From Thermoproteota archaeon (lineage in GTDB: Archaea > Thermoproteota > Thermoprotei > Thermofilales > B9-G17): a DNA stretch of 64,000 bases. Each line of letters starts with the position of its first letter. The stretch's first letter is position 1. Under the pieces are notes generated by a model. That model ran no database searches and was not told the DNA's origin. It saw only the letters and a program-made list of their open reading frames with translations. Positions 1-9,932 of the stretch are shown here, in pieces. Made by a program: the position numbers and the translations under genes. The DNA lies in NCBI GenBank assembly GCA_029258885.1, contig JAPDJW010000009.1, positions 96,001-160,000 of the forward strand. The letters run 5' to 3'.

Positions 1-1
1 T

Positions 2-1171
2 TCACTATCTCCAGCATACATATCCCTCGCACTTCTATGGCCGATGGAGATATTGATTACTGCGGTTGTATGGTATGCGTTAATGTATATAGTTTTACCT
101 CCGATACAGGTATTTGCAGGCGTAACAACGATATTCGAGACTCAGTATGCGCATGAAAACTATTATAGAACTGGACACTGGTATGGAGCACTTATGGTGC
201 ATTTTGTAACCAGAGGCATGATAGTGGGATTAGCCATAGTTACGATAGCTTTCTCATGGAGATTATTTAAAGATGCATTTAAAGGAGGAAAAATCGAGAG
301 AACATCTTCTATTCTAATAATTGTTGGACTAGTCCTCGACATATTATTGTTGTTAGCCGCAGGCGTCGATGCATGGGCAGCGGTATTCCTTCCAGTATTC
401 GCAATTCTCCTATATATAACATTCGCTAGAGTTAGAGCTGAGGCTGGATGGGATACGTGCTACGGCACATATGGGCCATGGTATCACGAGATGGTTCAGC
501 TACCCTATATACCCTATCAGGCATCCTTAACGTACAATACACCGCAGGCCTGCAGGTCGGTTCTGCCCTTCATTCCACTAGTAACAGATAGGGCTCTAGT
601 GGCTATGCAACTTCCACCGGTTATGGAAGCGTATAAGATAGCCAGCGAAACTAAGGTCTCTCCGAAGGTTATATTCAAGATATCAATTATATCAATGGTT
701 ATATCGGTAGTTATTGGCTTCATCCTGACGGTATGGGGAGCATACACCTATGTGTGGGATATAGGATGGGTTGGCGCAGCGGATAAGGTAATGTGGAGCG
801 ACTGGGTGTCTGCAATGATCTATGAGGGACAAGTTATACATCAAGCCAACGACTGGAGGCTCTGGATGCCTCAGTTTATAAGCGGAATAGTTCTAGCGGG
901 ATTCATAGAGTATGCGAGAAGAATATTCATATGGTTCCCATTCAGCGTAGCCGGAATAATACTTGGAGACGCAGCATTAACTGGAAGCTTCATGTTCATA
1001 CCAAACCTACTAGCGTTTGTAATCAAGTTCGTAGCAATAAGGTTCGGCGGAGTCAAGGTCTATGAAAACTACATAAGGCCGTTCTGTACGGGCTTCTTCA
1101 CAGTATCCTGGATCATGGTGTGGCTAAACGTAATAGGGGTAAGGCATCCAATACTAGCTCCAACAGCATAA
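2..1171 (+). CDS. Polytopic membrane protein, OPT/DUF6785-like transporter subunit (5'-truncated by window edge)
   Basis: Frame of the 44..1171 ORF is open back to base 2 (SLSPAYISLALLWPME...), so the gene starts before the window. Many hydrophobic helices; C-terminal WFPFSVAGIIL / IKFVAIRFGGVKVYE pattern resembles archaeal OPT-like/DUF6784-6785 proteins. Stop is 10 bp before the next OPT-like gene. Confidence 0.65.
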   Translation, partial: SLSPAYISLALLWPMEILITAVVWYALMYIVLPPIQVFAGVTTIFETQYAHENYYRTGHWYGALMVHFVTRGMIVGLAIVTIAFSWRLFKDAFKGGKIERTSSILIIVGLVLDILLLLAAGVDAWAAVFLPVFAILLYITFARVRAEAGWDTCYGTYGPWYHEMVQLPYIPYQASLTYNTPQACRSVLPFIPLVTDRALVAMQLPPVMEAYKIASETKVSPKVIFKISIISMVISVVIGFILTVWGAYTYVWDIGWVGAADKVMWSDWVSAMIYEGQVIHQANDWRLWMPQFISGIVLAGFIEYARRIFIWFPFSVAGIILGDAALTGSFMFIPNLLAFVIKFVAIRFGGVKVYENYIRPFCTGFFTVSWIMVWLNVIGVRHPILAPTA

Positions 1172-1181
1172 CCTTTTCTTT

Positions 1182-3080
1182 TTGGTGAATCTAATGGAGG
1201 TTTTAAAGCCTAAAGTATCTTGGCGTGTATACGTTGGATTAATAATAACTGGATTCGTCTTCCTGCCCGTATCCATATGGCTCCAGTGGACGATAGGTCT
1301 AGATACATTCTCTATATTAACATCAATAGAATTCACCGTACTATTGCTTGTTGTGTTTTTCGCATCGCTTTCAGGACAATCTGTAAGTAAACAGGAGGCA
1401 TTCATATTATACGGTAACGCTGGAGCAGTGCTTACACAGACCGTAGCTACTGGGCTCATATTAAGGTGGTACATAAGGTCATCGGAGTGGGCGTATAGGT
1501 TTAAGCTGGCAGACTTGATTCCAAGCTGGTATGCACCGCCTCCAAGCATACCTCATACACTATTTGATGCCTCCTGGATTCCCGTGCTTATAGTCCTAAT
1601 ATTATCGCTCGGAATCGTAGTTAACGCGCTGGATTTGTCGGTAGGGTACATATGCTATTACCTCTGGGGTAGGTTGGAGAAACTACCATTCCCGACGGCC
1701 AGAGCATGGGCTGAAGCAAGCATAGTAATACCCGAGAGACGGAGATACAAGGAGCGATTCATTAGCTCAATAATGGCTGCGCTATTAAGCATGAGTATAA
1801 GCGGAGTAATATTCTTCATATATAGGGAGATATGGGTAGACATGACCTATCTAATGGAGCCGTTCATGCCCGGCTCAACCCTAGCCTTCGTACTAGATGT
1901 CATATCATTTTCTATGGGCTTTATAATACCGTTCAATGTAACTGTTTCAATGTTTATAGGTGCTTTAATATCAAATCTCATAGGACCTCACTTAGCCTAT
2001 AAAGCTGGCCTATTTACTACCTGGCAGCCTGGAATGAGCTTCGACCTAGTATACCAGTATTCACAAGTTGAGCTATGGATGTCGACGACGATCGGCTTTT
2101 CCCTCGCTCTAGCGGCTTATTCACTAGCTAAATACAGGAGGTATTTCATAACAGCCTTCTCCACACTAACAAGAAGAGGAATGATAGGAGAAGAGAAGAC
2201 GCTGAAGTTTGCAGTAACTATATTTATTACCGCTGGCTCTCTTATCGCGTTAATATCATATATACTAGTGGCGAGCGACGTTCCGCTCTGGATGCTCCTA
2301 CTATTCCTTATGCTGGCTATCCCATGGGTACTCGTATACAACCTAGTAGCATCGAGAATAACGGCTGAGACAGGAATGGGTATAGGAATACCATTCCTGA
2401 GAGAAGCTATACTCTTCGGCTCTGGATATAAAGGCGTAGATGCATGGTTCATACCCCTCTTCGATCCATCAGCAGCAACAGGAGCAGCGGCTGCCGGATG
2501 GGCTTCGGTATATATGGCTTGTGACTGGACGGAGACATCGAAGTCGGAGTACCTTAAAGCTTTCGTATTTGCAATGATTCTCGGCTACATCCTATCGTTC
2601 GTTTTCGTAGAGGCTTTCTGGAAGATAGCTCCAATACCCTCCAGAGCATATCCAGCAACGGCTGCAAGATGGCCGCTAATAGCCTACTGGTCCCTGATAT
2701 GGCCAGCCATAGGTAGCGGAAGGCTAGCGGGAACTACATTACCTCCACTAGTGAAGGCACTATTCAGGAACCTTACGATCCAAAATATTAGTGCGGCTTT
2801 TATAGTAGGTCTAGTGCTCCAGGTAGTAACTGTAAGATTTAACCTACCCTTCTCCGTAGCCGCATTTATAGGAGGATTTAGTGGAATGATACCGTATATA
2901 ATAACGATATTTGCAGGCGGTATAGTAAATAAGCTCATAGAGAGGTCTCTTGGAAAGGAGAAATGGGAGAAATATAGAGTAAGCGTAGCCATAGGGCTAC
3001 AGCTGGGAGAGGGTATAATAATTGCAATCTACGCCATGTACCTGATAATACAGAAATCCATGTGGATATGGCCAGTATAG
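1182..3080 (+). CDS. OPT-superfamily (oligopeptide transporter-like) membrane protein
   Basis: 632 aa with roughly 15 hydrophobic segments. Motifs LPFPTARAWAEAS, RITAETG, KIAPIPSRAYP and GLQLGEGII are typical of archaeal OPT-like proteins. Confidence 0.7.
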   Translation: MVNLMEVLKPKVSWRVYVGLIITGFVFLPVSIWLQWTIGLDTFSILTSIEFTVLLLVVFFASLSGQSVSKQEAFILYGNAGAVLTQTVATGLILRWYIRSSEWAYRFKLADLIPSWYAPPPSIPHTLFDASWIPVLIVLILSLGIVVNALDLSVGYICYYLWGRLEKLPFPTARAWAEASIVIPERRRYKERFISSIMAALLSMSISGVIFFIYREIWVDMTYLMEPFMPGSTLAFVLDVISFSMGFIIPFNVTVSMFIGALISNLIGPHLAYKAGLFTTWQPGMSFDLVYQYSQVELWMSTTIGFSLALAAYSLAKYRRYFITAFSTLTRRGMIGEEKTLKFAVTIFITAGSLIALISYILVASDVPLWMLLLFLMLAIPWVLVYNLVASRITAETGMGIGIPFLREAILFGSGYKGVDAWFIPLFDPSAATGAAAAGWASVYMACDWTETSKSEYLKAFVFAMILGYILSFVFVEAFWKIAPIPSRAYPATAARWPLIAYWSLIWPAIGSGRLAGTTLPPLVKALFRNLTIQNISAAFIVGLVLQVVTVRFNLPFSVAAFIGGFSGMIPYIITIFAGGIVNKLIERSLGKEKWEKYRVSVAIGLQLGEGIIIAIYAMYLIIQKSMWIWPV

Positions 3081-3156
3081 AGCTGTTTGCTTCAATACTT
3101 ATATATATCGTATCGGGTCGTATAAACCTAAAACCTACATCGTAGAGGTGATATGT

Positions 3157-6069
3157 ATGAAAATATCATTATTATTAATAATAGGTCTTCTCATCACAGT
3201 CCTATCCCCGGTTGCACTGTATGTGGTCGCTCAAGATCAGATAGTAGTTAGTGATAAAGGAAGTTTTGTTGTTGTTGACAACGGTGTTCTTAGAATAGAG
3301 TTTCTCAAACAGGGCGTTAGAGCTAGGTCATGGTTAATTAAATCCTCCGGCCTAGATCTTGCTGCGAATTCGGGAAGTAGGGGGGATATGGGTAGGAGCT
3401 ACCCGCTCTGGGATTGGCTTACAAATCAGCCTTGGCCCGGGGAACTGTGCTTAAACACGTACACTTTTAAACTTGTTGAGAAGAGCTCAAGTAAGGCTGT
3501 GCTTGAATTTTCAACAAATATTACTCAAGGCGATGTAGCTGGCCTTACTGTGAAGAAGACTATAGTGGTCTACTACGGTAAATATTACCTCGATATAGTG
3601 GTTACAATAGAGAATCCTACTTCTAAAAGTATAACTATTAGGGACACGTTCTACGATGGCAAGCTGGGCTATACGTTCGCCTGGGCTGGTGTTCTCGGAA
3701 ACTCCGGCCTAAACGATTTACAGGCATGGAAGTACAATGATATAACGATTACAGATAAGAAGGAGCACTTCGTAAGGGATGACGTAACAAACCTAAAGTG
3801 GATAGCCGTATACGATGCTGAGGAGGGATGTATAGCTGCAATAATCATACATAACAAGACTGCGGCTGTATGGAGGGAGGCTGATCCGAACTGGGGCACC
3901 GAGGTTAGGGTTGAGTTCCCCAGCACTACTGTGGGAGCTGGAAAGAAGATAAGCTACGTCTTTAACGTATACGGTGGACCAATAGATGCCAGGTATCTTT
4001 CGGAAATAGGGCTACAGGAAATGGCTAGAAGGTTTTCAATAATAGTTAGAGCTACAACTGATAAAGTGGTATATACGCTGGGAGAGAAGGCTGAGCTTAC
4101 CGTGAACGTAACTAATAATGGAGCTGAAGACCTGAGAGCGGATGTAAAGGTTGATGTATACCTCAAGGGAGTCCTTAAATACAGCACGTATATTGCTGAA
4201 GATGTTACGGTAGCTTCGGGACAAACATATCGAATATCGAAGTACGTTGATTTACCCGCAGGCGAGGGCATAGTTACGTTTATTGTAAAGGTTCTCGAGG
4301 ACGATACTGAGCTGTCGTCCATATTCATAAGAGCTGGAGTAGCTGATCCATCTAAGAGGAAGCCGCTTTACATAGCGTTTGTATGGCATCACCATCAGGC
4401 GCCTAACTTTTATCCAAACGGCGTGTACCACGGTTTATGGGCTTTTGTACATACATATGAAAACGAGTTTTCACCATACTATGAGGGTGGAGCGTACTTA
4501 GTGCATACTTATATACACGAGCAGGTTCCCGAGATAAAGGATAACGACCACCTATCCCCGTCGCTGTTATATCAGTGGCACCAGGCGATAACTGAGGGAT
4601 ATAAGACATCTCCCTATTCCAAGGTTAAGCCTGATGATCCACGTGTCCAGAGAGTTAAGGAGGCTCTCAACAACTATAAGCAACTCTATATGGAGGGTAG
4701 GATAGAGATTTTAACCAGCTTCTTCGCTCACCCCATAGCTGGGTATGAAATTAACTATTTCTCAAGCAAAGGATTCGGCGATACAATATACAGGATACTT
4801 AAGTGGGAGCTTTTATATGGGAAGAAAATTACTGAGGAGGTCACTGGAGCGAAGCCTGAGGGAGCATGGACTCCCGAGATGTTCTGGGATATGAAGCTCG
4901 TGAAGCTATACAATGAGTCTGGCGTAAGATATACGGTTCTATGTAGCCAACATTTCTATCAGTCGAGGGGTGATAAGGGCACTATATACGAACCCTACGT
5001 TGTGGAGGATAAGGATTCGGGAAGAACAATTATAGTATTCTTCCGGGATCAGGGATTAAGCGACTGGATAGGCTTCAATAATAATATGCCCGATGTTTCA
5101 TCGGCTGAGGAAAACGCTAGAAACTACGTGCTGGCTCTCTTTGAACTATACATGGATAACCCCGGAAAACTAGTAGTAATAGCTCTAGATGGAGAAAACT
5201 GGATGCTCATGGCTAGATTCCCATCGACGACGCCAGTATTCCTAAGGAAGATGTGGGAGTATATAGCATCAGCTGAGGTATTTAGAACCGTGACGTTAAA
5301 CGAGGCATTGAAGATAGTTCCGCCGAGAAGAGTATTAACTTACATTCCAACAGGATCCTGGATAGGTCTTACGGCGTCACAGTGGACTGGAGGGGTAAAA
5401 GATCAGCTGTGGAGTTACGTAGCCGATAAAATGAGCACCGTAGATGCATACCTAAGCTTGATACCGAATGAGTACTTTAACCAGCAGGCATTTAATACTT
5501 CCTCTAGGCTGTACGAGGTGTTGAGGGCTATATCGATAGCTTTAGACAGCGACTATTACTGGTACGGAGAATACGAGGGCAATCAGAAGGTAATTAAGAT
5601 GTGGGCCGATAAAGCTGAGGAACTGGCTCTAAGCGAGCTTAGCAAGGTGAAAATTATATCAGTGAATGTGGAGGGAGGTATAAAGGAGGGCGAAGAGGCG
5701 CTGTTTAAAGTAGCTGTCAAGAACGAGTTTCAGTATAACGTGGTAATTAGCCTTAAATTCTCCTCGGATGAGGGCGTAATTGAGACGAAGACATTCAGCG
5801 ATATTAGTGTACCTCCAGGGGAGAGTCAGTACGAGTATAAAGTAAAGTGCATTAAGGGCGGGTCCGGGAGGGTTAGGGTGGATCTAGTGCTTGGAACAAT
5901 TAGTGTATCAAGTATTGAAGTTGAAGTAAGCGCTGAGTCTGTGTTTACTATTCCATCCTACGTAATCGCTATTATAGGCATTATTGTATTCACAGCAATA
6001 ATAGTGGTAATTATAATAAAAGCGAGGAGCATAGCCGAGAAGGAGGGAGCAGGCATACTTAAGTACTAG
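3157..6069 (+). CDS. Secreted, membrane-anchored glycoside hydrolase family 57 (amylopullulanase-like)
   Basis: SD GAGGTGA precedes ATG 3157 (track uses GTG 3148). Signal peptide, GH57 regions IAFVWHHHQAP, EILTSFFAHPI, GAWTPEMFW (nucleophile Glu) and VIALDGENW (acid/base Asp), then a C-terminal TM helix with basic tail. Confidence 0.9.
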   Translation: MKISLLLIIGLLITVLSPVALYVVAQDQIVVSDKGSFVVVDNGVLRIEFLKQGVRARSWLIKSSGLDLAANSGSRGDMGRSYPLWDWLTNQPWPGELCLNTYTFKLVEKSSSKAVLEFSTNITQGDVAGLTVKKTIVVYYGKYYLDIVVTIENPTSKSITIRDTFYDGKLGYTFAWAGVLGNSGLNDLQAWKYNDITITDKKEHFVRDDVTNLKWIAVYDAEEGCIAAIIIHNKTAAVWREADPNWGTEVRVEFPSTTVGAGKKISYVFNVYGGPIDARYLSEIGLQEMARRFSIIVRATTDKVVYTLGEKAELTVNVTNNGAEDLRADVKVDVYLKGVLKYSTYIAEDVTVASGQTYRISKYVDLPAGEGIVTFIVKVLEDDTELSSIFIRAGVADPSKRKPLYIAFVWHHHQAPNFYPNGVYHGLWAFVHTYENEFSPYYEGGAYLVHTYIHEQVPEIKDNDHLSPSLLYQWHQAITEGYKTSPYSKVKPDDPRVQRVKEALNNYKQLYMEGRIEILTSFFAHPIAGYEINYFSSKGFGDTIYRILKWELLYGKKITEEVTGAKPEGAWTPEMFWDMKLVKLYNESGVRYTVLCSQHFYQSRGDKGTIYEPYVVEDKDSGRTIIVFFRDQGLSDWIGFNNNMPDVSSAEENARNYVLALFELYMDNPGKLVVIALDGENWMLMARFPSTTPVFLRKMWEYIASAEVFRTVTLNEALKIVPPRRVLTYIPTGSWIGLTASQWTGGVKDQLWSYVADKMSTVDAYLSLIPNEYFNQQAFNTSSRLYEVLRAISIALDSDYYWYGEYEGNQKVIKMWADKAEELALSELSKVKIISVNVEGGIKEGEEALFKVAVKNEFQYNVVISLKFSSDEGVIETKTFSDISVPPGESQYEYKVKCIKGGSGRVRVDLVLGTISVSSIEVEVSAESVFTIPSYVIAIIGIIVFTAIIVVIIIKARSIAEKEGAGILKY

Positions 6070-6080
6070 GGTGCACGGTT

Positions 6081-7991
6081 TTGATTGAAAAGATACTGTG
6101 GGAACATAGGCACGGCTATCAGCCAAGGAGAATAATAGATGGATTTAAACTTAAGGAAAGAGAGAGACATGCTGTTAGAAAGGTTAGGGACAGAATTATA
6201 CATGGATTAAACGAATGTCATGTAGTCTTAGCTCCCGGCTCAGTATATGACGAGATCATAAATACGGTCGATAATAGATCGATAAATATCGAGCCAATAA
6301 CTCTAAAAATGCTTAAAGAATACAATGAGGAGGCATACAATGAGCTACTGGATAAGGTGTTCTCCGGTAGAACGTGGATTGTAGCTACGGCTTACTCACA
6401 TCCAATACAGCCGTTGATGCGCAGCGATAATAGAGACAACTTTCTGATAAACCTTTACTGGAGCTGGAGCTTTTTCTTCGAACTATTCTATAAATATATA
6501 CTTGATAAAACGAGTCCTTCAATAGTAGGATGGTGGATGCCTGAATGCGCCTACACTAAGGAGGCTATGGAGGACACGTATAAGGTAGCTAATGAAGTGG
6601 CTAAGGAATATGGATTCAATGATATATACTTGATCTTGTTCCTTGATGATAGGCAGGTTAAACGGAAGGGAGTCTCGATAGGATTCATTAAGGATAGAGT
6701 GATTGTAGCCATAAGGGATTCAGCATTAAGTAATGCCATAGCATTTAACAGCCTCTTAGCGGATATCCTATGTATATTTAAGGATAAGCTATGCAATGTA
6801 GATTCTCCAATAGGCGAGATGAATGACGCGGAATGCTATGGAGGCAACTATGACCCCAATAAGCCTATAATCCTCGAATACCTTTATCGGATCTTAGAGG
6901 ATGGAGTTAGATGTAGTGACGGCAAGATTGTTAGAATTAAGATGAAGAAGATAATCGGTATAGTTCTTGAAAAACTAGATAGGCTCAACGTAGTCGATGT
7001 ATATGATAATACATCGTGGTCAGATTATGTTCCAACTTTAGATCCTAATCTTAAGGGATCTTGGGATACGGCTTTAATAAGCAAGGGCATATTCTTTCCT
7101 CGGTGGACCGGAATAGATTACATTGAGGATGGTGTTGTAAAGACATATTATTTAATATATAGGCAGAAGATAGGAGATAGGATACAATTAAGAATAGTAA
7201 ATAGCGCCTGGAAGGTCGCATTTAACGTAATTAGGAAGGAGCTCTCCAATAAAGTCTACGAGATAGTAGTGGATTACCTAGATAGGGTGAAGGGAGGCAG
7301 TAAACTGCTTAGGGAGTATTGGCGGGTTTTACTGATAGGTGAAGATGAGGAAAAGCTAATTAGAATTCATCTAGGTGATGTTGACTTAGACGTATATTCA
7401 GGACTTTTAAAGGCTTATTCAAGGGTATGTCAGGATTCGTACATAAGCTGTCCAACCTTCTGGTGGAGCATTGAGAACGAACTGGTTGAAACGTCACTAT
7501 CCCTGATAGCTGGGGGAACGGTACTCTTAATAAACACGCTATTTAAAGCTGGAGACAATAGGTGGAAGAACATCCTTAAAGCATATCGTGAAATACTCCT
7601 TAATTTCGATAAATCAAGCTTCTGGGCTAAGTTCAAGAAGTGCATAGATCTGCAGCTTAATTTACTCTGGGACTACATAGAGAGAAAGAGCAGGGTCAAC
7701 ACGAATTTTCTATCCCGCATAGATCCAACTGACGATTACGAGGTTAATTTAGTGGCGAGAATGCTGTATAATATGGCATTTAGGGACGCAGGTCATCCTG
7801 TATACGAGGGAGATATAAACGTTCATCTAGTCAAGCTTAAGATATTGGAGGCTAGGGGAGAAGGATGCAGCCACTTGGCTAAAAGGGCTATAGCCTTTGA
7901 ATGGAATAAATCAATAAATCCTATGTTCGGGGAGAAAAATATAGTAGTAAGAATAGCTGAAAAACACTATAGATATTTAGAGGTATCTTAA
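6081..7991 (+). CDS. Divergent cytoplasmic GH57-like protein
   Basis: TTG start 11 bp after the amylopullulanase stop. WEHRHGYQP, WIVATAYSHPIQPL, GWWMPECAY and MNDAECYGG echo the GH57 conserved regions. No signal peptide. Confidence 0.65.
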   Translation: MIEKILWEHRHGYQPRRIIDGFKLKERERHAVRKVRDRIIHGLNECHVVLAPGSVYDEIINTVDNRSINIEPITLKMLKEYNEEAYNELLDKVFSGRTWIVATAYSHPIQPLMRSDNRDNFLINLYWSWSFFFELFYKYILDKTSPSIVGWWMPECAYTKEAMEDTYKVANEVAKEYGFNDIYLILFLDDRQVKRKGVSIGFIKDRVIVAIRDSALSNAIAFNSLLADILCIFKDKLCNVDSPIGEMNDAECYGGNYDPNKPIILEYLYRILEDGVRCSDGKIVRIKMKKIIGIVLEKLDRLNVVDVYDNTSWSDYVPTLDPNLKGSWDTALISKGIFFPRWTGIDYIEDGVVKTYYLIYRQKIGDRIQLRIVNSAWKVAFNVIRKELSNKVYEIVVDYLDRVKGGSKLLREYWRVLLIGEDEEKLIRIHLGDVDLDVYSGLLKAYSRVCQDSYISCPTFWWSIENELVETSLSLIAGGTVLLINTLFKAGDNRWKNILKAYREILLNFDKSSFWAKFKKCIDLQLNLLWDYIERKSRVNTNFLSRIDPTDDYEVNLVARMLYNMAFRDAGHPVYEGDINVHLVKLKILEARGEGCSHLAKRAIAFEWNKSINPMFGEKNIVVRIAEKHYRYLEVS

Positions 7992-8869
7992 CCCCATCCT
8001 CCCTGGAATGTTGATAGCGGCTTAGCGTTTTTAGCCTCAGGAGGCAGTACTATCGATACTGGCTTGTTTATATCCTTAATCTTCCACTCGCTGTGTATTT
8101 CGCTTGTAACCGAGCCTACGTTGCTCTTTATCTCCATCTCCATGTCGGATACCGTCTTAAGTACAACATAAGTTTCCTTATCGATCCATACTGTAGATGA
8201 AAACGATTTAATGGTGATATTACCTTGAAGTCCTGTTGGTATGTTCGAGTATCCTGTCGAAATAGTCTCCATTATAATATCTGTAAGCTCCTTTTCACTT
8301 AAGCCGCCGGGAGTTATCTCCACCTTATAGGCATCTCTCCCATCGACTTTCTCTACTCCCTTAACCTCAGCCTTAAGCTTCTCCATTAGAGAGATTGATG
8401 CATTAATCATTTCCTGTCTTTCCCACAATCCCTTCTGGGTAGTCTTATACCACCGGCCGAGTATTTTTATATACATAGTGTCGCCGATTATGTATATCTC
8501 GTAATTCATACCCTGGAATGTATATGCCATCTTCATCTTTTTACTCTTATAGTCAACAGCACCGTGCCCATCCATGTTTATGGTAACAGTAGTACCCATA
8601 ACCTTTGTTTTTATAGACATCGAGAGATCAAACTTATAGGTATTAACGTTCCTCAATGCATCGTACGACTTGGATATAATTTCATCAGCTGAAGGCAAGC
8701 CGCCACCAAACAACCCTGGAAGCAGGAAATATGCAGCAACAGCGGCAACACCTAGGACGGCAATTACAATAATTATTAAAATTATAGTTTTACCTATACC
8801 CTCCTTTTTGGTAGGAGGCGGTGGAGGGGGCGGCGGAGGTAGTTCCCCGCTTAAAAATATTTTCTTCAT
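7988..8869 (-). CDS. Membrane-anchored LppX/LprAFG (LolA-like fold) family protein with N-terminal Pro9 tract
   Basis: N-terminal SGELPPPPPPPPPTKK then one TM helix. The ectodomain has GVEKVDGRDAYKV and VWIDKETYVVLK, typical of the LppX_LprAFG/DUF6612-like fold. Confidence 0.65.
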   Translation of the reverse strand: MKKIFLSGELPPPPPPPPPTKKEGIGKTIILIIIVIAVLGVAAVAAYFLLPGLFGGGLPSADEIISKSYDALRNVNTYKFDLSMSIKTKVMGTTVTINMDGHGAVDYKSKKMKMAYTFQGMNYEIYIIGDTMYIKILGRWYKTTQKGLWERQEMINASISLMEKLKAEVKGVEKVDGRDAYKVEITPGGLSEKELTDIIMETISTGYSNIPTGLQGNITIKSFSSTVWIDKETYVVLKTVSDMEMEIKSNVGSVTSEIHSEWKIKDINKPVSIVLPPEAKNAKPLSTFQGGWG

Positions 8870-8943
8870 CTATATCCCCTGTGAAATAGTTAGCAAGGGT
8901 TATTAAAAAAGTAATCGCTTATTCAGAGTAGTTATAAACTAGG

Positions 8944-9720
8944 CTATTTATGCTCACTTCCACATTTCCTAATTAAATATTTTAGGATGTATGCAATCTT
9001 GCTATTCTTAATAATCACTCCTGTATCATACTCTGATTCAAGGGATGTATCGTCCGGAACAGATTCGAATAGTAGGACGTTGTCCTCGCCAATTATAATG
9101 ATGTTAGCCGTTTTTTCAGGGGCTTCTATGAGGAGGGTTTCAAGCTCCGGATCCTTGGATTTCGAAACGATATATACGTTAATGTTAAGTCCTTTTTCCC
9201 TAGCGAATTCCATATCCTCATAGTTGATTATTTTAATTCTTTCATACGTATTTCTAGAAATTACGAAGAATGCCTCACCTTTCTCAACTTGTCTAAGAAA
9301 CATCGAAATAGCGCTATGAATCCCCATACGCCCCTCAACAGTTTTAATAGCTTCATATACTCTCTTACTAGCCTTCCTATAGATTTGCTCTAGATCCTTT
9401 AAAATTAAGTTCTCGAAGTCCTCAAGTTTCTTGATTCGTTTTTCAAAATCAAGCACAAGTTTATGGCGAAGATTCTTTAGCGCAAGCTTAGGGTGTATAA
9501 CGCTGAACTTCATGGGTCTACCGGGTATTCTCAGTATTAGTCCCTTCGACTCAAGATTATTTATGGCGTCATAGATTCTAGTATACGGAATACCGCTGAT
9601 GTCACTTAATTCGCTCGCAGTAGCAGATCCTCGTGCAAGAAGAGCGATATATACCTTAGCTTCGTATTGATCAAGCCCATAGTATTCTAGGTACTTAATG
9701 AGGTTTTCTTCATTGATCAT
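8944..9720 (-). CDS. trmB: TrmB family transcriptional regulator
   Basis: YGLDQYEAKVYIALL...TASELSDISGIPYTRIYDAINNLESKGLI...GRPMKF is the TrmB wHTH; followed by a PLD-like effector domain. Confidence 0.9.
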   Translation of the reverse strand: MINEENLIKYLEYYGLDQYEAKVYIALLARGSATASELSDISGIPYTRIYDAINNLESKGLILRIPGRPMKFSVIHPKLALKNLRHKLVLDFEKRIKKLEDFENLILKDLEQIYRKASKRVYEAIKTVEGRMGIHSAISMFLRQVEKGEAFFVISRNTYERIKIINYEDMEFAREKGLNINVYIVSKSKDPELETLLIEAPEKTANIIIIGEDNVLLFESVPDDTSLESEYDTGVIIKNSKIAYILKYLIRKCGSEHK

Positions 9721-9932
9721 CGGTAAACACCCTAGCAGAAATAATTACCTTGCAAATATATTAAACTTCAGTATCTTAAAGCCTTTTATTTAAGTAAAAT
9801 AATTTTTATATCAATGGAAAAATGAAATCTTAAGTATTCAGTAGCTGAATACAACTATCGAAATATTCTACATGTTCTAAATAGGCGGCTTTGAATAAAT
9901 ATTAATATTTTACTTTAAACCTTAAGAATTAA

